64,000 nucleotides of DNA from Phoronis australis. Taxonomy: Eukaryota > Animalia > Phoronida. Made by a program: the position numbers and the translations under genes. Below the pieces are notes generated by a model that ran no database searches, had not been told where the DNA came from, and saw only the letters and a program-made list of their open reading frames with translations. The stretch covers positions 335,479-399,478 of the forward strand of contig NMRA01000012.1 in assembly GCA_002633005.1 (NCBI GenBank), read 5' to 3'. Shown here piece after piece: positions 25,518 to 40,100 of this stretch (the stretch's first letter is position 1; each line of letters begins with the position of its first letter).

Positions 25518-26212
25518 CTAGTTAACAATACAACAATAGGTAATTTTGAAAACTTGTTGTAACAGAACATGAAGTGGGGTTGTGAAAACCCATTAGAACG
25601 CTCTTGAGACCTTGTATTTTTGTACTTATATTTATGAATTGAGCATATATAAATAGTTTGACCCACATTCTACCATGTATAATGTGAGGCTGATACTAGC
25701 AATTATGATTATAAGAAAAAGTTATTTTATGAAATGCAAGTGGTGCCAAGATTGACTGCCTTATATCTTTGTGAATGCCTGGGTCACGAGAATTTTGGGC
25801 CCCAAAATGTACACAACTTGCTTATCTTTGGATAACTATCAATCAGTTTCAGTAATACTGTGTCATATTTGGGGAGTAAGTACCCACTTTACTAAAGGAG
25901 ATACGAAATGTTTCTTTTGTCTCATGCTTATTCTACTAGTATCATATTCGCATAAAAACTTAAAGTGACATTTTGTACGAGAAAATAATTTTACAGAACT
26001 GACTGTCATGCAGAATCAAACTCGCCAGCTCCGATCTCCCACCGAGCCAAATCCCACACATAAACTCCAGAGTATTTATTTATGTCAATATGGTAAAGTT
26101 ACCGGCCCTGATTTCATCGAATGTCTCGAAGGCTACGGCAACCATTGGCGATTTGTAATTAACTCACAAAAACATAACAAATTATGTTGTCTTATAACTC
26201 TGGTCAAAGCTT

Positions 26213-26573
26213 AATAACTTCAACAAGTCTCCCACCCAACAATAATAACTTAACAAGTCTATCCCACCCAACAATAATAATAACTTCAACAAGTCTACCC
26301 CACCCAACAATAATAACTTAACAAGTCTATCCCACCCAACAATAATAACTTCAACAAGTCTATCCCACCCAACAATAATAACTTAACAAGTCTATCCCAC
26401 CCAACAATAATAACTTCAACAAGTCTATCCCACCCAACAATAATAACTTCAACAAGTCTATCCCACCCAACAATAATAACTTCAACAAGTCTATCCCACC
26501 CAACAATAACTTCAACAAGACTATCCCACCCAACAATAATAACTTCAACAAGACTGTCCCACCCAACAATAAT
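26213..26573. repeat. About 33 bp minisatellite in the putative NDST 3' UTR
   Basis: aacttcaacaagtctatcccacccaacaataat, about 11 copies. Confidence 0.92.
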
Positions 26574-27517
26574 CACAAAAAATGCATTTTGTCCATAAAA
26601 ATGATGTCCCTTTAACGCCCACCCCAATTTTTGTTTTTCCCCAATTTAAGCACCCTGGACATTGCATGCACTTGTATGGTATTACCTCTTTTCTTTTACG
26701 AAGATTTTTTTAAAATGTAATATATGACGTCACTTCTCTTTTTTCTTCTGTGAAGATTTATTTACAATTTAATATAATGATGCCAGCTGTAACATCCACC
26801 AAGAGCACTTAAAGAGTCACGAGACTGTTGGGTGACAAATGTACTCATCATATTTCACCATTATGAATCACAGAATCAGACTTAGCAACAGTTGTCTGGT
26901 GCGTTGGTCAACAGTGACTGTTAATACTTTCACAGCATTAGTAGCGGGTCGCTTCTCATTTCTTTCCCACCACTGCCAGTGAGTTTACTAGTCATTGATC
27001 TTGTTGGACGTCACTTTCATATTTTATCTCCAGCCTGCACAAATTGTGTTTTACAAAGGTTGTATTTGTCAGCAGAGAATGTTAAACCTGGATTTTGAAG
27101 CTATATTTTACTAAGAAATGCTATTTGACTAGAAAATTTGTAATTCTTAGTTCCTATTATGTACAGTGTAGTTAACCAATGTACTTAATACGAGTAAAAT
27201 TTTGTGCAAAATAAGGTAGACCGTCACCTGGGTGCCAATTTTGTAATTCACATCAATTTTTGCACGTTTCTTCCGATTACACAGAAAGATATTTAGTTTC
27301 CGTTGTAATGTAAATGAAGGGCTGAGAAGGGTACTTGCCAATATTTTTGAAGTTTGGTCTTTTAGCAGGTCTTGTAAATATTGTATATTTCTTGTATGTA
27401 CAGTGTAGTGTATTTTAGTCAATAATGATTGTGAACTGCACTTTTGCATTTTAATGCCTTAATGTTCATGATATTCGTGAACTAACATATTGTAAAAGAA
27501 TGTCTGTAGTTTTTATA

Positions 27518-27523
27518 AATAAA
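27518..27523 (+). terminator. Candidate NDST polyadenylation signal
   Basis: AATAAA after a roughly 2 kb T-rich UTR-like stretch, followed by a T/GT-rich tract. Confidence 0.4.
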
Positions 27524-30445
27524 ACCCTTTAACCTATTCCTTGTTTTCACCAGTTGCTGTTAACAAGCTCGTTTGATGCTCAGGAGTTAAATTTGGACAC
27601 TCAAGAGATTGTTTATACACACAAAGATTTTACGAAACCAACCTCTGCGCTATTGGCTCTCCATTCTGAAAGTACCAATCGTGTATGAACAGACTTTTAG
27701 TTGGAAGCTTTCAATATTATTGATTGCACTTGTCTTTGGAGCATTGTGGTAAACCTGGAAAAGAATTGGGACTACCAGCTGTTATCAATTTGCGTTTACA
27801 TAACTGAGTGAATTTATGCCACACACTTGCTTCAACTTGCATGACCTGTGAAGGTTGTACAAACATGCACTGTTATCAAGAACTGTCCTGCAAGGTTGGG
27901 GTTGTTGACCTTGCAACTCCATCTAGTTAACAAGGCAATTAACAACTAAACATGGGAGTGTTGGAATGGTTTTCATCAATGTGGCTTCTTTCAGTTTGGG
28001 GATTTAACTTCAAGCTTCTGAAATGCAATGGTTAAAGTTGTGTAGGACCCTATAAAAATGAACAAATTTGGCAAATTTTGGAACATCGTATCTCAGAAAT
28101 AAATTGGATTCACATGAAACTTTCAGATACAATGATTAACTCACTTATTCTCTGTAAGGTATTTTTTTAACAATGTTCCACTTTTGTGTGAGGAGCTATC
28201 CAAAATTATAGTACTTATGATTTTTATGAGAAATCTTGAAAGTTGATAAAACGCAAAATTATTTTAGAAAAGTAACAGCATTTTTGATAACTCACCTTGA
28301 ACATTTATCTCAAATAAAATTTGATCGGTGATTAATACTGTTGTTTTGTTACCAATGTACCTTTCTTTTTTGGTAAATTTTACTAAAAGACACGTGACCC
28401 AATTACCAACAGTTTGCTAAAAAGTCAAAAATTAAGTTCTGCGGCCTTTCTACTTTCAGAAAAATATACACTTTTAAACTTTTCTACATATTTTGTCAAA
28501 TTTTTGTCAAATGCACAGATAAGATCCACATAACCTAAAGAATGTACTTGGAAATCCTGTATAGGCAATGGAGTATACCAAGTGCACACTTGATTTGTTC
28601 ACTGAGCAGCAATTTTGAATGCTAAGCGACATCATACGTACACTGCTCTAAAACATCAACTGAAAGTTGACCAGTACCTATTATAATAACAGTACAGACT
28701 ACCACAATCACATGTACAACACGCGTAATAAACACAAACAAAGGAGCATTTCGCACCACCAACAGTGCAGATTTAAATCTAAATCAATGCAATTATTTTT
28801 TAGCAAATCCATCAAGTACCTCTTTCAAATTCAAAAACCTAGATAAAGCTGTCCTTTTTGTTCTTCGGCTTATTCAGACTCCTTCATAATATCCATGAAG
28901 TGTGAGTGACAAGTCATTTAGTATCACCTGTATACTTTGCTCTTGACTTGAAGTATTGTTGTACTGACTTCCAACAGTGTACTACACAGACATTAGGCAT
29001 ACGGTACACAGTGGGCAGGAATCACAAAAAGTGTAGAAGTGGACAACACGTGGAAGGAATAGGTGAGGATTTCACTTTTAAATGCCAGTAACTGCCATTT
29101 TTACACCAAAACTAAATAACGTAAAAAGGTAATCTCAAAACAGCATTAAACCCATGCTTTTTGTCAAACAACAAGCTCTCTTTCTTCACCATTTACTGCA
29201 GTAAAATTGGCCTTGTCTTGTTCCTTGCCTACTTTTGCGTAAAGTTAACTGTGGCTGGGGAAATCTCATATTTTGTAATTTCTTCAGACCAAACTCATAG
29301 CAGACGGTCAGTATTTCCATAGCCCGGAAATCATTTTTCATCAGAGTAAAGAACAATTAGAGACTTCAATTACACTAATAAACATCAAAACTTAGTTTTT
29401 TGACAGAAAGCATGGGTTAAATCCCGCTTTAATATTCTAGTCTCTGAGGCTTTTTAAAGTATTATTATGGCATGCAGTACCACACAAAGGTTTGAACACA
29501 ATGATAACACGGTACACAGTATTGTAAACGGTGGTCAGGGTATACCTAAGCTTGCCCTTGTCCTTTAAAAGCCATTAAATCTATAATTTACTTGAATGGC
29601 AAAACTGACCATCAAAGTTGATACAACACATTCATATTATACAATATTATACAATATTACCAGTGTCGAGTACTAGTCATTTTACCTTACAACATCACAT
29701 CTGCTACACACAACAGCCAAATATTTATACATAAATTTGAAATTCAAAACAGCAGTGAACATTTTTAAGAAAAAAGAATTTTAAGTTCATATTTTTCTTT
29801 GCCTTTCCACAATCACACAAAAGAAAGTGTTCCGTTCACTCTTGACATTTTCTTGAAATACTACAGATTTAAGGAGCCTACTATGAAACACAAACTCAAG
29901 TGGCAGCAAGATCAGTATCAAAGTCTATAATGCTTGAAACAAGTCAACTTACAAGGAGACAACATACAACAAACTAACTTTTCCACGTACAAATGTAGTA
30001 AAAAGCTGGTCCTGAAGTGGCACAGCACCACTCTCATTCTAAGATATTTACCCAAAAGGAAACACCAGACAAGCACTTGTCCTACTTCTTCTCACGCAAT
30101 TGTACAGCACTATCTCGTATCCTAATTGTTATGTAATTCATCACTGTTATGCGGGCAAACTTTTATTAGTGCATTTTCAGTTGTGTCAGTTCTACATGTG
30201 GAATGTATTGTTCTTCCCTTATTAATTAATTGAGAAAAGCCCAGCAGTCTACAAAGTAGGTAAGTCATGTAACACGCTTTTTTACATCTGCGACAAAGGA
30301 AAGTTCAATCCAACATGGGCTAACTGGAATAAACTAAAAATATCAATACTTGGACGACAAATGCAAATTCTAAGAAAACGGAACAGTTCATAAAGTTCCA
30401 GCACTACCCTGACAATAGATTACCTACAAACCAAAATGAGCAAAC

Positions 30446-30798
30446 TTGAATGACTGGATTGCCTAATGAGTCAGAATAATCAGTGGACTGAATTTTGAAT
30501 GACTGGATTGTCTAACGAGTCACAATTATCGATAGCACTGAATGTTGAATGACTGGACTGTCTAACGAGGCACAATTATCAACAACACTGAATTTTGAAT
30601 GACTGGACTGTCTAACGAGTCACAATTATCGATAACACTGAATGTTGAATGACTGGACAATCTAAACAGTCACAATTATCAGTAACACTGAATGTTGAAC
30701 AGCTAGACTGCCTAGCCAGGCAGTTGTCTTTAACACAGAGTATTGAATGACTGGACTGTCTAACAACTTACAGTAGCCAGTAACACTGAATGTTGAAT
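30446..30798. repeat. 50 bp minisatellite in the putative ACSL 3' UTR
   Basis: gaatgactggactgtctaacgagtcacaattatcgataacactgaatgtt, about 7 diverged copies. Confidence 0.88.
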
Positions 30799-31044
30799 AA
30801 TACAATTCATTCAGACAACTGTGAAACTATACAAAATGCTTATGAAAGCCAATAGTTTGTGTTTTGCGTTAGCTAAAATTACAACTTCCCAGTTATTTTA
30901 GATAAGTAAAGAGATGTTGATACTGTGACAATCAGTTTCCTACAAGAAGCCTTCACTTCCATAGAGTGAACAGAATGAATGACTGGACATGAGACATAAA
31001 CTGCGCATTTTTAGAAAAGACAATGCCATCAATGCCTTGAGCTA

Positions 31045-31194
31045 TCACAGTGAAGCGGCTCCGTGTTTTTTATACAAATCCGCTATCTCCTTCTCAAAGA
31101 ACTTCTTCAGGTCATTTCTCTTGGACTTGAATGTTGGTGTGAGAAGACCGTTTTCCACACTGAATAGTTCGTGGTGCAGATAGACTCCTTTAAC
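31045..31194 (-). CDS. ACSL: ACSL last coding exon
   Basis: [26 protein letters not shown]...[10 protein letters not shown] (TGA then TAG). Confidence 0.93.
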   Translation of the reverse strand, partial: VKGVYLHHELFSVENGLLTPTFKSKRNDLKKFFEKEIADLYKKHGAASL

Positions 31195-34100
31195 CTGCAT
31201 ACAAAGAGTCATAGTCATCTGTACCAAGTCTAAACATTATGATATATTGACATAACATTAGCAGTAGCAGTTAATAAAACTGTGTCCAGGTAGGCAGTCA
31301 GCCTGGTATTCCTCTTACATATTATACTCATATTGTTTTCGGAACAGAAGTGACATCACCAAAAAGTCACATGAGCTTTTCTTAAATCCTCTTATGCATG
31401 ACTATAACAATTAATTGTGGGAAATATGTACAATAACAACATGTGAGTTGTAAATATATTTCTCACAATTCATCGTTATGGGCATGCGAAAGAAGGTTCG
31501 GCACTCCATTCTAACAAAGTCCAGAAATCACTTCTAAGCACAGAACGAAGCAAGTTCAGACCACTGTTAAGACCACAAGTGGCCTAAATCAAAACTATCT
31601 GAAAGAGGTGAAGTATTAAATACTCACAAATGACAATAAATACTTTCAAACAAGCCAACACCTGCTCACAACAATTCACATTGGACTGAAACAAACAAAC
31701 CTCTTTTTTATTCCAATTAACTCACCTGCTCAAATGACTTGAGTCCAGCTTTCCTTCCAATATTAACCATTTGCTGTAGCACTGCTTCATTCACATTCTG
31801 CAAAGATATAAACACTGTTACAGGAGGGTGTTGTGGAATTACAATCTGTTCTAGTCTAGACTAGAATACACTTTAAGTGACTGAAAGGATTGCCTGAGGT
31901 CAACCTCAGTGTTGAATCGAACCTACAACCTATGTGGTCGTAGCCTAACACTTCAAAGGTGTAGCTAAACCCACTCAATAAATGCCAAGAGTATTTTAGT
32001 CGTATTTTACTGGTTAAGTCACTGATGTAGATTTCAGCTAACATCTGGTGGATAACAATGAGAATTGACAATTTGCAATAAAATCACAAAAACATGATGT
32101 ATTTTGTTGTTTTATAGCCCTAATCAAAACTGATAACTTAAGAAATTTATCCCGTCTAATAATAATCCCTAAAATGCATTTTTTAGCACAAAAACCGAGT
32201 GTTCTCCTCGACCTGTTTTGACTCGACGCAGTAACGAGTTTAAATTTTGCCGTGTCGAGTTTGGAGAATGCGCGTCGAGTTTGAAAAGTGCTACGCTAAG
32301 TTAAAACTTTGGCTGGCTTGGCACTTTTGCCCTCAGAATCAAAAATGAGGGTGAATTTGCCAACATCAACCATAGTTCCTAATAATATGAGACAGTTAAC
32401 AATACATATATGACTTAATTTTTGTAATAATATAGTGTTAATAATATAGTATTATTGCCAAAAAAAATCTGAAGAAATTCTTTTTCTAACATAATTTTAT
32501 GGTGTCAGCTACCTTACCTTAATAATTGACTGCCAGCAATATTATTTTAAATTTAAAATTTTGCACTTAAACCTGTAAATTAACAATCTGATATGCTTAG
32601 TTTAAAGGATTTTGATTTTTACTGACATCTGGTAGCGAATTAGAATTTATTCAATTAGACAACAGGTGTCACTAAAAACTAGGTCACACCCTTAGTAGTA
32701 TTTAATAAGTAGAATTCAAGGTACCTAAACTACACGGTCAACGGACTCATAAACACGGGCATGGATGCATGAACAGAACTCACGGACCTGCAAACACCGT
32801 CCACTGACTCACAAACACGGGAACGGACTCACAAAACACGATCCACGCACCCAAATACACGGGACACGGACTCATATTCACGAGGAAACACGGTTAACGG
32901 ACCGCCAAACATGGGCCACGGACTCATCAGCTTTCTGGGTCAGCTGACATCTCCATTTTGTCCGTAAACCATGTTTAGCGGTCCGTTAACCGTGTTTCCT
33001 CGTGAATATGAGTCCGTGTCCCGTGTATTTGGGTGCATGGATCGTGTTCTGCGAGTCCGTTCCCGTGTTCGTGAGTCAGTGGACAGTGTTTGCAGCTCCG
33101 TGAGTCGTGTTCATGCATCCGTGGGCCGTGTTTACGAGTCCGTTAACCGTGTAGTTTAGGTACCTTGGAATTGATACTAGAATTGACATTTTTATTATTA
33201 AAGGAACTTATAACCTTTAGGTTGATTTTCTGAGTCTGTAATGAATGCTTTGGAGGACTTATAGTGAAAGATTGGTAGGAAAGTCAAAAAGTAGGTCACA
33301 CCAATTCAGTGTACATTTTAAAATGTATGTAAATACACAGTGACCATGTTGTTAGGGAAAGAACAGTGTTTACTACTAACAAAAAAAAATTTGCGGCGAG
33401 TTTAGATTTTTTGTTGTGGAGAACACTGTAATGTCCTTTTAAAAGTTTCCAGTACAACGTGCTTAAATTGCTAAATTACACAATGATACTGTGGACAGAG
33501 TGGAGTTCATTATTTGCTCGCAAGATAATAATCCTCAGTATACACTTGATTTATTGTTACTTGAAGTTGGGAGATTTTGACATCACCTAATTATAGCTAT
33601 GCTTCATCTCACTTAACAGTACTTTTATTGATAAAGTGCATAATTCATATATTAAGCAAGTAGTACAAAAGGCGACAATTAAAACAAACTAAAAGCAAAC
33701 ATCAGATAATTCAGCCATTTTGTTTTGTGTAATATGTTCATACTGACCTCATCCTGACACAACTTCTTCACACTTCCTGACAGTCCCAAGTTCTCATTCA
33801 CCCACTTACTGAATGGGTCAAAGTCTGGCACAACCACTGCCACAAGGAAAGCCTGAAACGGGGGGGCATAGTGGGTAGAAACATCACAAGCAACACACCA
33901 ACAAAACAGAGTGAAAAACTATACCAAAGTTATGAATATAAAGATTCAATAATGCTCAATTCTTGTCAGAGATTAAATTCTAAGATATGAGATTGCGCTT
34001 ACTTGGGATACACAATGTGATCCAGTTGAAGTAAAAAATTACTATTCTAAGTCACATAGAAAAAACCTAACATTGAAGTTCGCCAACATCAACCTGAAGT

Positions 34101-37100
34101 GTGTAAGGTCAAATTTCACTATGTGGCACCAATATCGTGCATTCACATGCAACTCTCAGTCCACAAACACTAACATGCTGCTTCTCTCATTTCTCTCCTT
34201 GCTAAAGCCAGATAAAGAAAAGAAGACATTTTCTTCATTTGTGCGACTTGACAAATATCAAAGGACTATACTTCTGGTAAGAGCTACTATGACTATGTTC
34301 TAGTGTGAGTGAATTTTTTTTTTTGTGTTTTCACAGCAAAAAAGAACTTGCTAGGTTAGTTAGACACCTAAAGGATGAGTCAATGGTACCTGTAAACTAT
34401 CACCATGAACAAATGCTTGGGCCACAAGTGGCGCCCTCATGTAGACATTTTCTATCTTCTCAGGAGCGATGTACTCTCCTTGAGCCAACTTGAAGATGTG
34501 CTTTTTTCGGTCAAACAGTTTTATTGTCATGTTCTGCAATAGAAGTCATAAGTTATAATACAGTAAAACAACACATCGTAATAAAATCACTGTAAATTAG
34601 GCAGTTTTTGCGCAAGTCAAAAATGAACAAAACGCTCTTCCAGAAAGCAATTTAGAATGTAACCAAGTCTCAGACAGTATGCATGAAAAAGAAAGGACTT
34701 GGGCCAGGAAAAATTAAGTTAATTTAGTAGCCAAAAAAACACATTACTGTGCATCAAGGCCAAGTTCTTCCTTACAGAAGAGCAAATGTTACGAAAAAAG
34801 GGAATTATAGTACAGTAGAGCAACAACAACAAACTACACGCAAATCATCAAGGTGTCTTAAATACACAAAGTAGGCATGTCAAAGGAGACCTGGTTAATA
34901 CGATATTTTGAAATTTTAACAACGAAATCTTATACATGAGGTCACATTCATAACATGACTGGAAGCAGGTGCTTTAAAATCTCAGACTTCAGACAACAGT
35001 CACTGCAAGGTTTGACCTTTATCTCTTTTTTTGAAAATTTCTTACATTTTGCGAATGCACAAAACTCTTCAAAACGTTGCCTGCTAGTTACTATGGCACA
35101 GAACCAGAAAATAGTGACAATTACTTTTGTGTTACTTATCAATCAAAAAAAGAAAATTAAATAAATTTTCACTTGTTCGATAGTATGGTGACAACTTATT
35201 GTGCGCACAGACAACATTTTACTTTACATCATGTGACTACCCACCTCAGTCCATTCTCCAATATCACCAGTGTGCAACCAACCCTCACTGTCTAGTGCCT
35301 CTGCTGTCTTCTCAGGATCACCGAGGTAACCTTTGAACACGTTGGTACCTTTTATACACACCTGAGGACAGACAAAAATTCATGTATCTCTGGAACCAAG
35401 TCTGCAACACCATAATGGTGTCCAGAGAAAGTCAAATCACCTGTTTCTTACCAGTGTGTCAAACAAACTGATTCAGGAGTCCGTTTGCAAGACAATAGGG
35501 TGTGGTGGCCTTTACATGTCAAGGATTGATAGCTGTGAACATGCAACAAATTAACAATTGTTTTTCGACAACCTGAACAGACAAATGATAAAATTTCAAC
35601 ACTATTACAATCATGGCAATTGAAGGCCCTTACTTTGCTATGAAAGAAATAGCAACATGTGATGCATCGTCATGATATGTTTGAATTTTCATGAAAACAC
35701 GAGACTGGCTTGCATTTTACAGTGCCAGTCTGACGAGGAAGCGATAACATTGTACAGTAAATTATCTTGCTTCACTGTGTCTGATACTGAGACACTATGA
35801 CTAAGGAAAATGCAGGTACTACATATCACAGTCACACTGTTAACGACTCAAGATCTTGACGATTCTGCCCAGATACACATCTGCTTTAATTTTCAAAACA
35901 AACAGTTTATGCCATGTGTAATCACGATATTCCGCAATAATTTCTTACATTTTGATACACAATAATCATCATATTGTCTGCATGTGTAATGCTTACAAGA
36001 CAGATAAAATGTTGCGTATTTTATTCTTATGCTCAACAAGTGTGAACATACTGATATGAACAAAATGATTAAGGCACAATACCATGTAATCTGCACTTAA
36101 GCCTTTACAGCACAGAGACGCTGTAAAAGGCCTCGTCTTTGACAAAGTAAAATAAAATGTCCATTACTTATACCGTAACACAACGTTCTAAGAAACTTTA
36201 CAATCATCCAATACCTCGCCTCTTTTATCCTTTGCAAAGTAGTTCATCTCAGGCACATCCATCAACTTAATATAGTTACATGGCAGAGGGAAACCAACAT
36301 GGCCTGAAATGAAACCACCAACATTGACTATTATCTCGGGTAGACTGGACATAATTAGAATATATGAACAGAAATTGACAGGACAACTAAAAGGATTCCT
36401 GTACTTTGTAGATACCAACTGACAGGACAACCAAAAGGGTGTCTGTATTGTGTAGATACCAATTGACAGCACAACCAAAAGGGTGTCTGTATTGTGTAGA
36501 TACCAACTGACAGGACAACCAAAAGGGTGTCTGTATTGTGTAGATACCAATTGACAGGACAACCAAAAGGGTGTCTGTATTGTGTAGATACCAATTGACA
36601 GGACAACCAAAAGGGTGTCTGTATTGTGTAGATACCAATTGACAGGACAACCAAAAGGGTGTCTGTATTGTGTAGATACCAATTGACAGGATAACCAAAA
36701 GGGTGTCTGTACTGTGTAGATACCAACTGACAGGATAACCAAAAGGGTGTCTGTACTGTGTAGATACCAATTGACAGGATAACCAAAAGGGTGTCTGTAC
36801 TGTGTAGATACCAACTGACAGGATAACCAAAAGGGTGTCTGTACTGTGTAGATACCAATTGACAGGATAACCAAAAGGGTGTCTGTACTGTGTAGATACC
36901 AACTGACAGGATAACCAAAAGGGTGTCTGTACTGTGTAGATACCAATTGACAGGATAACCAAAAGGGTGTCTGTACTGTGTAGATACCAACTGACAGGAT
37001 AACCAAAAGGGTGTCTGTACTGTGTAGATACCAATTGACAGGATAACCAAAAGGGTGTCTGTACTGTGTAGATACCAACTGACAGGATAACCAAAAGGGT

Positions 37101-40100
37101 GTCTGTACTGTGTAGATACCAATTGACAGGATAACCAAAAGGGTGTCTGTACTGTGTAGATACCAATTGACAGGATAACCAAAAGGGTGTCTGTACTGTG
37201 TAGATACCAATTGACAGGATAACCAAAAGGGTGTCTGTACTGTGTAGATACCAATTGACAGGATAACCAAAAGGGTGTCTGTACTGTGTAGATACCAATT
37301 GACAGGATAACCAAAAGGGTGTCTGTACTGTGTAGATACCAATTGACAGGATAACCAAAAGGGTGTCTGTACTGTGTAGATACCAATTGACAGGATAACC
37401 AAAAGGGTGTCTGTACTGTGTAGATACCAATTGACAGGATAACCAAAAGGGTGTCTGTACTGTGTAGATACCAATTGACAGGATAACCAAAAGGGTGTCT
37501 GTACTGTGTAGATACCAATTGACAGGATAACCAAAAGGGTGTCTGTACTGTGTAGATACCAATTGACAGGATAACCAAAAGGGTGTCTGTACTGTGTAGA
37601 TACCAATTGACAGGATAACCAAAAGGGTGTCTGTACTGTGTAGATACCAATTGACAGGATAACCAAAAGGGTGTCTGTACTGTGTAGATACCAATTGACA
37701 GGATAACCAAAAGGGTGTCTGTACTGTGTAGATACCAATTGACAGGACAACCAAAAGGGTGTCTGTACTGTGTAGATACCAATTGACAGGACAACCAAAA
37801 GGGTGTCTGTACTGTGTAGATACCAATTGACAGGACAACCAAAAGGGTGTCTGTACTGTGTAGATACCAATTGACAGGACAACCAAAAGAGTGTCTGTAC
37901 TGTGTAGTTTCCAACTGACAGAACAACCAAAAGGGTGTCTGTACTGTATAGATACCAATTGACAGGACAACCAAAAGGGTGTCTGTACTGTGTAGATACC
38001 AATTGACAGGACAACCAAAAGGGTGTCTGTACTGTGTAGATACCAATTGACAGGACAACCAAAAGAGTGTCTGTACTGTGTAGTTTCCAACTGACAGAAC
38101 AACCAAAAGGGTGTCTGTACTGTATAGATACCAATTGACAGGACAACCAAAAGGGTGTCTGTACTGTGTAGATACCAATTGACAGGACAACCAAAAGGGT
38201 GTCTGTACTGTGCAGTTTCCAACTGACAGAACAACCAAAAGGGTGTCTGTACTGTATAGATACCAATTGACAGGACAACCAAAAGGGTGTCTGTACTGTG
38301 TAGATACCAACTGACAAGACAATCACAAGAGTGTCTGTACTGTATAGATACCAATTGACAGGACAGCCAAAAGGGTGTCTGTACTGTATAGATACCAATT
38401 GACATGACAACCAAAAGAGTGCCTGTACTGTGTAGTTTCCAACTGACAAGACAACAAAAGGGTGTCTGTACTGTATAGATACCAATTGACAGGACAACCA
38501 AAAGGGTGTCTGTACTGTGTAGATATCAATTTTGACAATAATCAGAATCCAATCCAGACAAAATTCAATCTCTTGTGGTAATGTGAATTTCTTCTGATTT
38601 CAATTCAAATTAAAGCCTGCCTCTAAGCAAGGAGACTATAAAATTTACTCAGCTCTCAAATGTGGAAAAGTTTAAGAATATCAACACGCATTACCAGGTT
38701 CTGCATCACCAACTGCTGACAGTGAGGACACCGCCCCACTTTCAGTTTGACCGTAACCTTCCAACACCTGCGGGAGAAAGAGAAATGAATACCGAAAGAA
38801 CCACATGATAAAACATCACAAAAGGTGGAGGTGTCCCTAAAGATGTTTAATGATCAGTTGGTAAGAAAAAGTTCATCAAAGGTGGCTGGGAAAGTGGAAG
38901 AAACAGTGGTTTTTAAGAGCCTAAAGTAGGTAAGTATGAACACATTTCAAAGTAGTAATCCACCAGGATACAGCACTAGTTGTTGACAAGATGGTGTAAT
39001 GCAGTGATTTGACCATGGAATCCTTGTGTGGAAACTCCAGTTCAATTTTCCAGTACATTATTGCTTATCAGAGAACAGTATTGTAATACTCAATAGGTTT
39101 TATGTTGCATAAACACATCTTACTACTAAACAAGTGTCTCCCACTCGTCTGCATTTGAATGGAGTAGCTGACACATAAATTGGAAAGACTGCCAAGGGCT
39201 GTTCCAGTAAGATCAGTATGGGAGGGAAAGGCAATTTTTAACCTGCCACCCATATTTCTGTTTTATTTTCCTAGGCTACCTCCAATAATTCCAAGTTACT
39301 TTGGAATGCAACAACCCATATTTTTTATTCTATTTGGCATCTCGAACAAGTTCTTCATGTCCTGCCAAACCAAATACGAGTTTTCAGGTGCATAAAAATA
39401 ATTGAGCACTGTTAAATATATTTATCTTAAAATATGTCTTACAATTTTCCAATGTAATGGTAGCATACGTATGCATATATTGCTGCATGGATTAATGTTA
39501 CAGAGTGATCCAGAATTACTGGCGCTCAATTATTCTCATTTTCATAAAAAATACTTGTCACTCCCGCATTCATAAATTGCTGAACACTTGAGGGGTATTT
39601 AAGGGCTGTTCCAGTAAAATCCGTGTGGGAGGGGGGGGGACGGCAGTAGAAATAAAAATTCATGGGTGGTGGTCTTCAGAAAAAAACTCAAATTATGGGT
39701 GGTCGTTCCTGTAAGAAGTGATGCATTAAAAATGGGTGGTATTTTTTGACCTGTTAATGTCGATAGGTTGGTTACTTCAGCCAGGTTGGTTACTTCAGCC
39801 GTAAAAACTCAAAAATAAATGCAATTGTCCTAACTTATCCAAATACAAAAAAGCCCATATTGCCAGTGAACAGAGTGCAATATGTTCACTAAGCCATTAA
39901 TCAAGTCATGGGCAACTCGATTTGAGCCAACTGTTTGTCTGCAGTCCTATTGAATTGAAAAGTTATGCAACACTGAACTGGTGTTAACACATATAAGAAA
40001 ATTGATGATTTTTAAATAAAAAGTATGAGAAGTAAGATAAACAAGTTCCAATATTCACTTGACATAGAAGTATAGAAGTTTGAGATTCATAGATCCTTAT

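Noticed and set aside
36188-38501. 655-769 aa minus-strand ORFs
   Set aside because: Translations of the stop-free 44 bp satellite; only 36215-36303 is a real exon.
36372-38535. CRISPR-like appearance of the regular arrays (also 40792-41429 and 63290-64000)
   Set aside because: No unique spacers and no cas genes; eukaryotic intronic tandem repeats.
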